From assembly GCF_036321535.1 (NCBI RefSeq), contig NC_087447.1:37450001-37514000 (forward strand): a stretch of DNA of 64,000 nt, written 5' to 3'. Both the position numbers and the translations under genes were made by a program. Below the pieces are notes generated by a model. That model ran no database searches and was not told the DNA's origin. It saw nothing but the letters and a program-made list of their open reading frames with translations. This stretch comes from Camelus dromedarius (Eukaryota). Shown here in pieces: positions 1 through 12,642 of this stretch; the stretch's first letter is position 1; every line of letters starts with the position of its first letter.

Positions 1-151
1 CTGTCTGTCCCCAAACTGCCCCTTCAAAAAATGACTGGAGACGAAATCATAATACGTGTAGACTTAACTCTATAAATGACTGGGAAACCCTGAAGAACTT
101 TAAGAAGGTATGAAACACGACTGCGTTAACAACATAAATAGATTCCTTCAG

Positions 152-330
152 CACAGTGTCATCAAAATGTAGTGCCTGGTCCACCAGCATGGGGGTCTTG
201 TTAGAAATGCAAATTCTCAGGTCCTATCCTAGATTTAATCCAAGACTCTGAGAGTTCAGGACCCAGAAATCTGATTTTAAACAAGCCCACCCATGATTCT
301 GATGCATGCTGGGCTTGAGAGCCTCTGCTC
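152..330. mobile_element. MER5A-like hAT-Charlie non-autonomous DNA transposon
   Basis: Contains cttgttagaaatgcaaattctcagg...gaaatctgattttaaacaagccc...tgattctgatgca, typical MER5 core. Confidence 0.8.
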
Positions 331-1934
331 TACCCTCTCACAGCATTTAAAGAACATATGTGATGGAGAGGAGGTGGTAGTAAGAGCAGAAGCCCCATCA
401 GTCGTCAAGGTGAGATACCAGGATGGGCTGAACTCGGGTGGGAATCAGAGTTCCTCAGAAGATATACACAGTAGAATGATGTCAGAAGCCCAGCCCAGCT
501 ACATCCAACGTCTGTGTTTGGTTGAGCTGACAATCCCAAGCCTCTGAATTATCACCACAATCCACATTTAGGTATTACCGCAGCAGGACTCACAAATCAA
601 TTATTTTCTGCATCCCTATAAATCTTTCTCAGAACAAGACAGCTTAGGTCTTCTATAAATTCATTTTAAAAATTGGGTTTGCCTATTAATTGCTAAATCT
701 AAGCACTTGTCTTCTTGTGCACATTAATATAAAAAAGCATTCAAAAAACCTTCCCAAGTTGTCATTCAATAGCCACATGTGCTAGAAAGAGAATGTTTTT
801 AGTATGCATGCACTTTCTCCCTCTTATTTTTTTTTCAGTCCTCTAAATACGGAAGTGTTGGCAGATCAGTTTCAAGTTCTTCACCCGCTCTGATACGATA
901 CGAGAGCCTGGATTTTTTGTTGAAGTTCACTACCCCAGACCCCCTCCCCCAGGTTGAAGGATGACATTGTTCACCACAATGATTCCCTCAGGATTCCCCC
1001 ACGTCATGCCTGCCAAGCCCCAATGACAAGATATAGGGGGCAGTTAGACTATTACATACGCTCCCTGCCACTTTCAATCAAGCCTAATGCAATCAGAAAC
1101 ACATGACTACATCAACACATCGCCTTTAATCAAATGTGATTAAGTCAGTCATTAGTTTTTCAAGACAAATAAAGGATACAAGTGCTTGTATTATAAACAT
1201 AACCGCCTCCCTTTGCAAGTGATTTGTTGGAAAGGAAGGCCCCCAGCACAGAACTTGGGACCTTCAGAGGTCTTTGTACTTTTTCTGCTGGTGTTTATTA
1301 TGATAAAGCATTTCTGGGTTCATATGCACAATTCCTCCTTCCCTGTCCCCTCTCACAAGCCCCCATGTTGTCAGGTGGAATTTGGCTTCAGCTTGATCAG
1401 GATGATTTCATTATCCCATTGTTACCGTTATGACTTAGGCAATTAGTAGTTTATAAGTATAAATTTATGGCAATCTGTGATCCAGGCGCATTGACAGTAG
1501 TCAGGGCATAATAAAAACCCAATCAATTTCTTTCATTTAATATGTAGGTTGTGACCCTAGTTTTGATTAGAACTCTTCGCTATTTCATCTTTAAATAAAA
1601 AAGAATGTCTGCAAGCAATTATATGGTGTGTTAATTGGATATTCCTTTTTATCTCTTATACTACTGAATGCATTGCTAACGAAATCCTTGTTTTCTCTTT
1701 ATGTCTCTCAGTCTCTCTCCACCTCCCTCTCTCTGACTCTGTTAATGTCTTTATCTCCCCACTTCTTGGTCTCTACCTCATTCCTTCCTTCCAGCTCTCC
1801 ATTGGGAATCACTGACCATACACAGCTTGATTAAAACAAGGAGGGGACTTTCCATCATCCTCCCTCTGTTCTATGAACCCAGCTTTCCATCAAGGCATTT
1901 AGGCATCATGGAGCTGAGGTCACCAGATTGTCTA

Positions 1935-1982
1935 CAAGGTCTGGCACACAGCAGGCACTCAACAATTGGTAAATGAATGAAT
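1935..1982 (+). mobile_element. L2 3' terminal fragment
   Basis: ctggcacacagcaggcactcaacaatt...aatgaatgaat, L2 3' end with (TGAA)n tail. Confidence 0.6.
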
Positions 1983-2022
1983 GGGGCCACAACATTGCCT
2001 GTGTGTCACATTATCACTTTCT

Positions 2023-2120
2023 TTCTTTCTTTCTTTTTTTAAGTGGAGGTGCTGCGGATTGAACCCAGGACCTTGTGCATGCTAAGCATGCACTAAACCA
2101 TTGAGCTATACCCATCCCCC
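2023..2120 (-). mobile_element. Camelid Vic-1-like tRNA-Ala-derived SINE
   Basis: Minus strand reads GGGGGATGGGTATAGCTCAATGG...GCATGCTTAGCATGCACAAGGTCCTGGGTTCAATCCGCAGCACCTCCA then A-rich (AAAG)n tail; A and B boxes; 15-bp TSD acattatcactttct (2008-2022) / acattgtcactttct (2122-2136). Confidence 0.9.
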
Positions 2121-2679
2121 AACATTGTCACTTTCTGTCCCAGGATATTTTGCTGAGATCTGCTCTGCTTTCCAGGGTAATATTTCCTGACGGATCCATA
2201 CTCTTGGGTCCACACACTGGAAGGTAGAAGTATTAGGGGAAACAAAGGATTTTACTCCTGGCCTGGGTCCGCCAGTCTCCACCTGCCAAGCAGAGATGGA
2301 ACATCTTATCTCCGTCCTGTGGAATCTGCCCTTTAATGGGATGATTCTGTGAGCTGGGGCGATCCAGCCCCTGGAAAGTGGGCTGTCTAGTTTTGCGTGT
2401 GCGTTTTTTTTCTATTTTACATTTCTTTAACAAATAGTTCTGCAGCGCTTACTGCCCCTCATTCACCAGCAGACAGAATTCTACGCCTCTGTTCTCTACA
2501 CTGTGCCCACTGCTCTCCTAGCCCTTACTCAGAATCCTATGGTTTCCTTTACAAGCCCTTGTTTCCTGAATCCTATGTTTCCCCCTGTTTCTGTTTGACT
2601 CCTTTACTTCTGCAAAGTGCATTCTGAGGAGCATCCTGAGAAAGGGCACATGTAAGGCTTTTTTTTTTTTTGGAAACCT

Positions 2680-3300
2680 GGTTTGTCTGAAAATACCTTT
2701 ATTCTCTCCTCATATATGAGGATCATTTGGCTTGGTCAGAATTTGGAGCCATTTTTCCTCAGCATCTCTAGGCATTTCTGCAAGTCTTCCAGCTCCCCGT
2801 GCTGCTGCTGAGACGCCTTCTGCCCTTCTTATTCTCAGTCCTCAGTATGTGGTTTCTTCTGCTTCTCCCATAACCCCCGTAGCTTCTAGAATCTTCTCTA
2901 TCCTGGTGTCCTAAGATTTCACAATGATGTGCCCTGGGGTCAGGCTTTTGTTCATTCTATTTCTCAACCCTCAAGAAACCCTTGTAATCTCAAAACATAT
3001 TTTTTAATGGTGGAGAATTTGCCTGTACGACTTTTCTGATAATTCCCTCTCCTCTATTTTCTGTCTTTTTTCTCTGGGACTCTTATTAAGTAAGTGCTAG
3101 ACCCCTGTCTTTAATCTCTAAGTTTCTTTTCTATCCTAAGTTCCATCTCTGTCTTTTGTTTTCTCACTTTTATCTTCCAACCCTTTTACTGATTTTTTAT
3201 TACTCTTTCTATATGTTTACTTTCTACAGTTTCCTTCTTTTGTGACTACTCTTATTCATGGCATCCTGTTCCTGTTCCAGAGGCAATAATTTCTCTTTTC
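2680..3300 (-). mobile_element. Ancient L1 (L1M/L1ME or HAL1-like) ORF1-region fragment
   Basis: T-rich segment beginning tgtctgaaaatacctttattctctcctca..., typical antisense old L1 ORF1 region. Confidence 0.6.
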
Positions 3301-3494
3301 TATCCAAGAAGATTGATATACACCTGCCTGACCCCAAAGATCATATTCTGATTATGACACTCTGCCTAAACAATTTTCTCTTTTTTCCTTTTTCTAAACA
3401 ACTATCTTTTCTTGATTATTATCATAGTCTATTCCTTTGAGAACCTGGAATTAGTTGAAATTGCTTCCTGATGTAGATCATAAACAAAAGTGTA

Positions 3495-3605
3495 TGCTAC
3501 ACAAGGGCAGGGACCACGTCTGTTCTATTTAACAATAAATACACTTAACATAATTCCTCACATGAATAGGTGTCTTAAACTATTTGGCAAATGAATGAAT
3601 GAATG
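3495..3605 (+). mobile_element. L2 3' end
   Basis: aagggcagggaccacgtctgttc...aatgaatgaatgaatg. Confidence 0.7.
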
Positions 3606-4166
3606 GTGCAAGAACTGGAGTTTCCTGATTTCAATAAACAGCCAGGTAAGAGGAAAATAGACGCTTTCCAGGTCTTGTGTTGTCACAGCGATTCAGCAGC
3701 TCTTGATGTGATAAAACAACTTCTGAGTGAGTGTAGCCCTGTCCCCACAGCTGCCTAGTGGAAACGGAATCCTCTAAGAAATTGCAGAAGCAGGAGACAC
3801 AAGGTGTTTAACAGGGCTGCCCAATGTGCTTATTTATAATGTTAACAAACCAAATTCCTGAGCAAGCTCGGAGGCCCTATTGGACCTGTCAGCCAGGAGA
3901 GACAGCTGTCGGTCAGGATTCATGGTGGGCACCCGCCTGCCCTGAGGGCCAGCCTGGGGGCAGGGGTGGTGGTGGAAGGGAGTGGGGAGATAACAGAGAT
4001 AAATCTAAATTCATTCGGGAAGCAGTCACACTCGATGACATATTCACTGACTTCCTCAACAGCTCATTTGATAATGCTCTCTCTGCACTATTCATTTTTC
4101 TGAAAGATGAAAGCTGGCTGAGGATCTCATCTGCTCACTGATGCAGGGAAAGGATTTGAAATTAGC

Positions 4167-4209
4167 ACATACACACACTCTCACACACACACACACACAC
4201 ACACACACA
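4167..4209. repeat. (CA)n microsatellite, interrupted
   Basis: Direct reading. Confidence 0.95.
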
Positions 4210-4804
4210 ACTGAAAGGGGGAGCAGGCAAGGGAAGGAGGAAACATTTTGATGACCAGTTTTGTGGTTGGTCCTGACACAGGAGACCCAGCAGCCTGGCG
4301 TGAGGTCACCTTTAATTAGTAATGCATTATAATTCAACAATATGCCAATGGGCAGATACAAGGCTCAGTGGAGAGGGGGCATCTACCATGATAATTAATT
4401 GCTTGAAGAATATGCTCTGCCTGCTAAGGGGCAGGTCATGTCTTCTTGCAACTGGAGAGGAGAGAGGTCAGACCACAGGGCCCAGTGCTATGCTCTTTCT
4501 CAGTGTGTCCTATGTCTCACTGTGCCCACGGCATACATAAATCACTGGGCATGTATGGAGAGCCAGAAGCTAGGCACAGCCCAGGGGTACAAGAGACAAT
4601 GAGACACAGTCTGGGCTTTCTGGTACCACCTTCTCATAGAAAGACAATTCAGAAACACTGAACTCCAATGCTCACACATGTGGTTCAACAGGGTACTAGA
4701 GTGAAGGCTCTCCTTTAACAGCACTCGTTGGCCAGGAGGACTGACAACACTTTGTTTTAATTTGATGCTTTCACATGGCTTCTTAAATAAATGAATGTTT
4801 TGTC

Positions 4805-4985
4805 ATAGCATACAAAGCGTACAAGCTTTGGAATCAGGCAAATCTGGGTTTGAATCCTGACTCTTCTATTTTATAGCAGTGTGACCATGAGCAATTAACT
4901 TTGTAAGTCTAGGTCACATGTTCCTCCATCGTAAAAGGGAGATACTAAAACCTAACTTTCAGGACTAAATGTTATGAGGATTGAA
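4805..4985 (+). mobile_element. MIR SINE
   Basis: ctttggaatcaggc...ctgggtttgaatcctgactct...gtgtgacc...ttcctccatcgtaaaagggagata, MIR core. Confidence 0.8.
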
Positions 4986-6499
4986 CTCTAAGGTGCAGAT
5001 GCCACGGTGGTCATTCTCCTGTCCTGCAAAGCAGGGGCCTGACTAAGAGTAGGGGGTGACCCAGAGGTGGGGCAGGATATGGAAGGAGAGTCACAGTGGT
5101 GGTGCTTGACACTTTAGGGCTTCGTTGGGGGGAAAAATGCACCAAAGTTTCATGGCATGTAGCAGTTGCTTGTTCATGCCTGTTCAATGAATGAAATATG
5201 TTCTTCTTTGAATTCTGGGGAAATGCTCTTAAAAAGGCTCATCAATCCAAATCAAGCTAGAGCGAGACAGAGAGACAGAGAAATCAGATATAAAAGCAAA
5301 CAGGACAGAAACGGAGAGAAGACAAAATTTAAGAGGAAGTAATCCCTTAGCAGTCTTTGAGCCAGAGTTTAGATGGCTGCAGCAACGTTTTATCAGGTTC
5401 CTAAAACCACTAATATGGAATAGTTACAAGTATTTAAAAGACCAAACGAGGAGCCTATGCTCAGTAGGCACTCTGTAAAATGTTACTTCCTCATTCAAGG
5501 TCACTTGGCAACCCCTGAGCTGACTCAGGGGACACTTTTCAAATGCACATGGAAAAACCATCATTGTGTTTCCAAGATAAAATACATCTACAAATATTCA
5601 GTTTTTTCTTCTCCTTGCCTTCACCATGGTATCTATCACCTTACACCAAAAATCTTATTTACTGGAAACCACAAATGCATTACGGGGCCAAGAAAAAGGA
5701 AGCATATCAGGAAAATGTTCATTGTTTTTCAAAAGACGAGTGCCGGCACTTAACAGTAACAATAAAAGCACCGAACAGTGGAAGGTGAGTGGAGAGCAGA
5801 GTAGAAGACACCAGCTCGCCCAGTGCAGAAACCACTTAATTTCAAGTCATCTCTGTCTTAACCTTATAATCAGATGGTTCTTCACCTCCCATGGGAGAGA
5901 GGGGGGCAATCCAAGAATTGTTTTTATACTGTTCTTTATTATTAGGAATTTTTAACCTAAATATATATGATATGAAGACTATTATGTCACAAACATTATA
6001 TTTGTTGCTTTTGCTTCTTTGCTTTTTCTATTGCTAAGGGTGATGATTTTTGTTTTAAGAGCCTTATTTATAAGAATAGAAAGCTCTGCACTTTCTCAGA
6101 GGTGAAGCTGTTTTATTTTACAGGTATAGAAAGAGGACAGCACTTGCCTCTTAATTCTGGGTGCCTGCTCCACTCTCATGCTTCTCTTGGCAAACCACCC
6201 TTCCTATGTACGCACAGCCTTCTGACCTCGTAGTACCAGTTCACGTGACACTTAGGCAACCCACAGAGCTACCCCAGTGGGAGTGCTGGCCAGGATCTTC
6301 ACGTTTTATTGTTCCAATTCCCAAGTGGAGGAAAGCAGTGGTGCAGGCCAGCCTCTGAACTGCATCCCTTGGGTTCCGTATTTATCCTGTCGTGCGGGTC
6401 TGGTGGCACATTCTGGCTGCTGGGGGCCTGGGCAGGGTACTGGTTTTCAGAGAAGGAACTTATAACGGGGAAATTATGATGGATAACTGGTGTTTCTAG

Positions 6500-7560
6500 T
6501 GATGTCTTTGTTATTTTAATTTTTTACTCATTTGAAAGGAATATATTACATTTTATTCTATTAGAAGTTGTCTTTAAGTTATATTTTATGTAAAACATGT
6601 CATCAGTGTTGAGAATGAACCAGTGCTCTTGATTTCTGTCTGTACTAGATGAAGAACTGCGTACACTTTTCCCTTTGCTGGTATGACCTTGGATTTCAGA
6701 TTCTGATTATTACTGGATTACTGTTGACAGTATGTATCACCTAAAAACCATCTTCTCTCAGTATAAGTCTGTATATTCTATGTACTACACAAGTCTATAC
6801 TTTGACTTTCTTTGTTAACAGCTACTCGTTTTATACTGTGACGTTTCAGTTCTTGAGTTCTTTATGTTATGGTTCATATCTTGGCTGAAGCACTTCCTCA
6901 AGTTACAATCACCACCCCACTTCACCACCCCACACATTTTGTTTTTCCTCAGAGAAGTTCAAGAGTGGTTTCCCAGCTCAGCTCTTTCAGAATCAATATC
7001 TTTTTCTTGCATTCCTACATGGAAGAATTCTTAATTTGAAACTTAATTTCTTCTTCTTCTTAATTATAACAAATTAATAATTTGTTATAAATCCTCCAGT
7101 CACAATCCTAATTTGCTTTCTTATATTCTGTAGAAGTAACTTTTTGACTATTGGAATTTAGCGGATTTGTTTGTTTTTCTGTAAGTATCAGGCTAGCTTG
7201 TGTCATTTTCTTCCTTTTCTGATGACTGTTTTTCTTTCTATATGCATTTTGTGCTTTGTTTACTCCTGAATTTTTTTAAAAGTCACCAGAATAAATCCAG
7301 ATGTTTAATTGTTTTTATTCAGTTTGCCTGGTATACGGTGGGCCCCTTTAATCTAAAGACGGATTTCGTTACATCATGAATATATATATTTTTTCTCTCT
7401 TGTTCTTCTGTTTACTCAATTCTACCCTCTTGGAATTACACTAGATATTTTGGACCTCCAGAATCTGCTTGCTTTGCTATGCCCCATCAAATTATTTCTT
7501 TTTCTCAGATAATTTTCTTAAATATATCTTCTATCCTTGTTATTAAGAATAGTTTTTTGG
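6500..7560 (-). mobile_element. Highly decayed ancient L1 fragment(s)
   Basis: T-rich; ...ttgcctggtatacggtgggcccctttaatctaaagac... resembles antisense L1ME ORF1 region. Confidence 0.45.
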
Positions 7561-7946
7561 TTTTGTTTGCTTGTTTATTTTAACTTGAAGGACAAGACAT
7601 TCCAACAGTTCACAGAGTAACCAAAGTACATGAACAAGATCATGAAGACATCAAAATTCTAAGGAGATAGTAATGAAATTGATGACCTATGGTCATCCAC
7701 GATGATCTGGCTTGTAAAAAGAAGGCTGAAACTGGCTGGCAAAGAAGGACTTGGTGGGAAGAGAAAGAGGGTTTTTACCATATGTAGGTATGGACACCAC
7801 AATAATGAATGACAATCCAGAATTCAGGGTACCCTCTTTTGGCAGTAATGGGTGCATATGCATTACTGAAATGTGAATCCTAAAAGGAGACCCAGTTCCC
7901 AAGACCAGACTGAAATGAATTCTGTTGACAAGGTGAAAAACGAATA

Positions 7947-8159
7947 CAGTTGACCCTTGAACAGCACAGGTGTAGGAGTGCCAACCGTGCACAGTGGAAA
8001 ATCCACATATAACTTTACAATCAGCCCTCCATATCCCCGGTTCCACACCCACAGATTCAACCAACTGCAGACAGTGTAGTACTATAGTACTACGCATTGA
8101 AAAAATTTGTGCATAATGGGCTAGTGAAGTTCAAACCTGTGTTGTTCAAGGGCCAGCTC
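7947..8159. mobile_element. TcMar-Tigger MITE (Tigger2/MER8/MER28-like)
   Basis: Terminal inverted repeats cagttgacccttgaaca / tgttcaagggccagctc, flanked by TA at 7945-7946 and 8160-8161. Confidence 0.85.
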
Positions 8160-8759
8160 TACATTTGAAATGCTCCACTTTCTGTATAAAAGGAAACAAT
8201 ATAGAGATGTTTTCGTCTTGTGCAAATAAATGACTCATCAATTTTGAAAATGCACTTTATGTCTTTAACACTTTGTCTGTCACCCTTCCCTAATTTCTAG
8301 CAGTGATGCTTGCTTTTCCTTTTTTTATTTATCCTATTGATTATTTTGAAAGGAATTTAGAAGGCAGGGAAGATGATCTAGCTACCATCAGATCTTGCAA
8401 TTCTTTCTAATTTCCAGCTGTGGTTTCTAGGTATATTTTGCCAAAACTCATGGCAGAGAAGGGGGACAGGATTCCACATGGTATTAATGCTGACAAGAAA
8501 ATAGAACTGGCTTGGGTTAAAGACCTTTTCCAGAGAGGTAAAAGTAAGTGATAAATTTAAGGTAGAGACAGAATAACAGGTCAGATTCAAGCAAGTTTCC
8601 AAATAAAAATTGGACCATGTGAGAGAGGCCCTGGGGTCAGGGTCAGTGACAGAGCAGAATCGAGGACAGGGGAGCCGGGAAGAACACATGGTGCCTAACC
8701 CTGCACTGTGTCTTCAGCTGCACTGCTGGCCCCTAGACCTCGTACAAAGCTGACAACAC

Positions 8760-9240
8760 AGGAGTCACCCCTGACTCCTCCCACCCCCTCTCCCACCCTC
8801 ATTCAATTAACTGCTTGCTCTGATTGATCTCATTTCATAAACAATGAGAAAACCCACCCTCACCTTTCCCTAGCCTGTCGCCACTGTCCAGGCTACCCCA
8901 AATGACCTTCTTACTCCTTAGGGCCTTCTTATACCTAAAATGCAAATTATGTCTCCTTTCAGATTAAAACTGCATGTGACTTCCCCTAATCCTCAGGTAT
9001 AGCCAAACTCTGCATGGGCTACCAGGCCTTGCTTCATACGGCTTCTCACTCACCACAGTCCCCATGCTCTCTGCTTCCCCTTTCTCTTCTTTCTTCTCCT
9101 AGACGGCTACCATCTGCCACCTTTGCCTCTAGGCCTACTCATAACCTATTTCCTCTGCCAGAAACACTTTCTCATCTGTCTTTCTGAATGCAGCCTTAGC
9201 TCTTCCTTGACCTTTAACTTTTTGTAAAATACACCTCTTG
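8760..9240 (+). mobile_element. L2 fragment
   Basis: C/T-rich; aaaatgcaaattatgtctcc...ttaaaac...ataGCcaaactc...ccaggcctt pattern typical of L2 3' region. Confidence 0.55.
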
Positions 9241-9306
9241 GTTTGTTTTTGTCCCACAGACAGCGCTCCAGAAAACTTACCCAAGGTGAGCTAAAGACGT
9301 AATGAA

Positions 9307-9746
9307 TTTTAGTGGGTTTAATAGTCACCCCTAAAAAGGTATATCTATGTTCTTATCCCCAGAATCTATCAATGTCACCTTATTTGGAGAAAGGATTTTT
9401 GCAGATGTGATTAAGTTAAGGATTTGGGGATCATCCTGGATTATCCAGGTGGGCCCTAAATCCAATGACAAGTGTCCTTATAGAAGAGGAGAGGACAGAG
9501 ACACACAGAGGAGAGAGCAGAGACAGAGACTGGTGTGCTGCAGCCACAAGCCAAGGAAACTGGCAACCACCAAATGCGGGAAGAGGAACACATGCACTCT
9601 TTTCTAGAGCCTCTGTATGGAGTCTATACCTGGAGACACCTTGATTTTAGGCTTCTGTCCACCAAAACTCTGAGAGAATTAAGTTCTGCTGTTATAAGGC
9701 ACAATATTTGGAATCCTTTGTTACAGCAGCACTAGGAAAATAATAC
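9307..9746 (+). mobile_element. MLT1B/C-like ERVL-MaLR solo LTR
   Basis: tgtcaccttatttggagaaaggatttttgcagatgtgattaagttaagg...tttgttacagcagcactaggaaaataatac. Confidence 0.85.
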
Positions 9747-12211
9747 TTGGTGTTTGGGTCATGGGTATGCATGGGCCTACTTCATCTGTGAGGGACATTC
9801 TTTTTGAATTTCATTTCATGCTGGTCTTTAAAGGGGAAGAGCCAGAACCCAATGTCTGACATTTTCTCTTTCCCTCATGCCTTTTTAAAGGCAATCTGAG
9901 CCTTCTGTCTTGGCACAAACCTTGGGTACTTATGCAATTGTATTGAGCTATTACCTTCTGTCTGTCTAAATCAATGGTTCATTCCAGCCTATTGGTTGGT
10001 ATCTTACATTTCTTAAACTCGGCTCATTCTCTCTGCCCCTCTCCCACTCTGCTTCTCTTTCTCTGTCTCATCTCCACCCTTCTCACACTTGAGCAGTTTC
10101 CTTGAAATTAAAGTACACAAGCAGTGTGCCCTGTCTAAAGTGGAGAGCCAAATTTCATTACCACTTGGAGCACTTTAAATCAATATTTGGGCATTTAATG
10201 ATTTTGCTCATTTTATTTGAATATATTAGAGAAGTCTGATAGGCCTATTAGGGTCCCTGTGATTAACATCTTCGAATCAGCAAAAGGTGCCAATTTAAAA
10301 AAATCGGCTTGTTTTGAGGACACCATAAAAATCTACATAATTTCACAATTATTTTATCATTTTGAATATATATTAAAAAGTAGTTTTCCGTGTTTAATTA
10401 GAAGATATAGTCAACATATTTTAAAGTAAGCTACCTCCTCTACATACTCAGAGCTGAAAGGAAGAAATATTTGGGGCTGGCTCCAATTTGTAAACTAACT
10501 TCACATCATATTTCTGCCCAAGGCACACATGACCCTCAATCATCCTATGTGCCCCGTCTCATTAGGAGCAGATTTACAACTAATCGGATGAACTAGAATC
10601 TCCCCTACAGCCTCTGGATAGAGACACCACAATTAATGAAGAGGCTGTGTCTTCAAAATGCAGTAGCTTCTTTAAAACCTTAACCCTAGAGGCAGAAATC
10701 CTAAATGCATGCTACAAGGCCCAGGCTTAGCCATCATTCTGCTGCCTTCCTGCAAGAATTAGAATTTGAAAAGATGGATGTAACCTACCCATTTCACCCT
10801 TATTAGCCTCCCTCAGTCAGGGCCCATGATACAGTCATGTCTGTCAAGCGTAGGCTTGTAATGAAGTATGAAGACACTGAATGGTTGTCACTAGCAGCTG
10901 TCTTGCCTTTTGTTCAAAGAGGCTTGGATAAGTCTGGTTAGGGCATCAACAAAGCCAGCTGACCAACTGATCAGTGAGGAGATTTGGGTCAAACCTTACA
11001 GCTAGGACAGGGCACTGACCTGGTATGACACCGATGTTGAGAACCAGAAAATACCATAAGGAAATACAAAGGGGTATTTAATCATTTAATGCTGACAAGA
11101 AAGATACAGAACTGGAAATAGGAAACAAGCACTGGGCAGAACTGGAGCTGAACATCAACAAAGGCTGGGAGAGGTGGTTGCAGGTCTGAGCAGTGCCACC
11201 TCACGGGCAGTGAGAACATAATGTGTGGGTTGGTTATGCTTACTTAATGGTCTAGGCAGATAACAGAAGCAGGTAAATCTCACTCAACTGGTGTCATCTC
11301 AGGTCCTGGTCCTCATTCATCATCTCCATTCTTCCCCTAATATTGGACTATAATTCACATCATACCTGGCCCTAATTTCCTTGCCAACCCTTTCAGTTTG
11401 TTTCACAAGCCAACTTCCTTTTCCCAGTTTGAACCTTGTTTCTTCTGTTATTTGATTTCTGCTCCTGAGCCTCCTGTACCTCAGTACCTTCTTGTAAAGT
11501 CCAAACATGACAGTATCAGCCATGACAGTATAGAAGAGTGATACATTCATATAAACACTCAGGGCAACAGGAAAACAGAGGGAACTGGGAGCTGCCATGA
11601 GACCATTCTGAGAGGATGAGGGAAGAACCAGGAGGCAGACCCAGCAGGCAGAGGAGCTTCAGGTGAGCAGGTGAAGCAGTGTCCAAAAGGTTTCATGTCT
11701 GGCTCAGTTATTGGTGTCTATGTGCTAGTAACAGATTGAGCTAGCCAGGAATTTAGAAAACTCCAAGCATTAATAGAGCAGAGCAAGGCAATTAGGATGA
11801 TAGGCAAGTAGCCAAGGAATCTTCTGGGAAAGAGATGAGAGACAGAGCTGAGAAGGAAGAGTCATAGAGCTCCCTCAGTAAAGAGAAGACCTTGTAGGGT
11901 TGTGATGCCTCCAACCTCCCTTGATTTTCAGTTCCCTCACTAGCTAACAACCCTTGCCCATCTCTGAGCAGAGGACATATCAGCCAGTGCTTACTTAACT
12001 ATATCAGAAAGACCACTTTACACGAAGGAATAAGATCAACATTCTAAGCCTGGATAGCACCGTGGACTCGGGCCTCTGTGCAGACCTACCCATCTCTTCC
12101 CAAATCTGCTATACTAAAAACTATTTCCTAACCCGAATTACATTTTCCAAATGTCTTATTTAAATCACAGACACCCATTGGTGAAAGTATAAAATTGAAT
12201 TCCATTATCAT

Positions 12212-12642
12212 AGGCACTTCTATGTTCCTAGCAGCATTATTTACAATTGCCAAGATATGGAAGCAACCTAAGTGTCTATTAACAGAAGACTGGATAAAGA
12301 AAATGTGGTGTATATATACATGTTAATGGAATACTACTCAACCAAAAAAGGAATGAAATTTTGCCATTTACAGCAACATGAATAGACTTGGAGGGAATTA
12401 TGCTAAGTAAAATAAATCAGGCAGAGAAAGATAAACTGGTATCACTTACATGTGGAATCTAAAAAATTCAACAAACTAGTGAATATAACAAAAAAGAGGC
12501 AGACTCACAGATAGAACAAACTAGTGGGTAACAGTTTGGGAAAAGTTGTATAGGGGTGGATGAGTGGATGTATTGTACAATGTGGGGAACATAGCCAATA
12601 TTTTGTAATAACTGTAAATGAAATGTAACCTTTAAAATTATG
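12212..12642 (+). mobile_element. L1 3' fragment (ORF2 C-terminus plus 3' UTR, L1MA-type)
   Basis: Translates GTSMFLAALFTIAKIWKQPKCLLTEDWIKKMWCIY, matching L1 ORF2 C-terminus. Confidence 0.9.

Noticed and set aside
2043..2120. tRNA-Ala gene
   Set aside because: Has an A-rich tail, TSD and stem mismatches; it is a tRNA-derived SINE.
3824..4141. 105-aa ORF with a protein-looking C-terminal half
   Set aside because: No recognisable domain and no convincing splice sites bounding it; length is within chance expectation.
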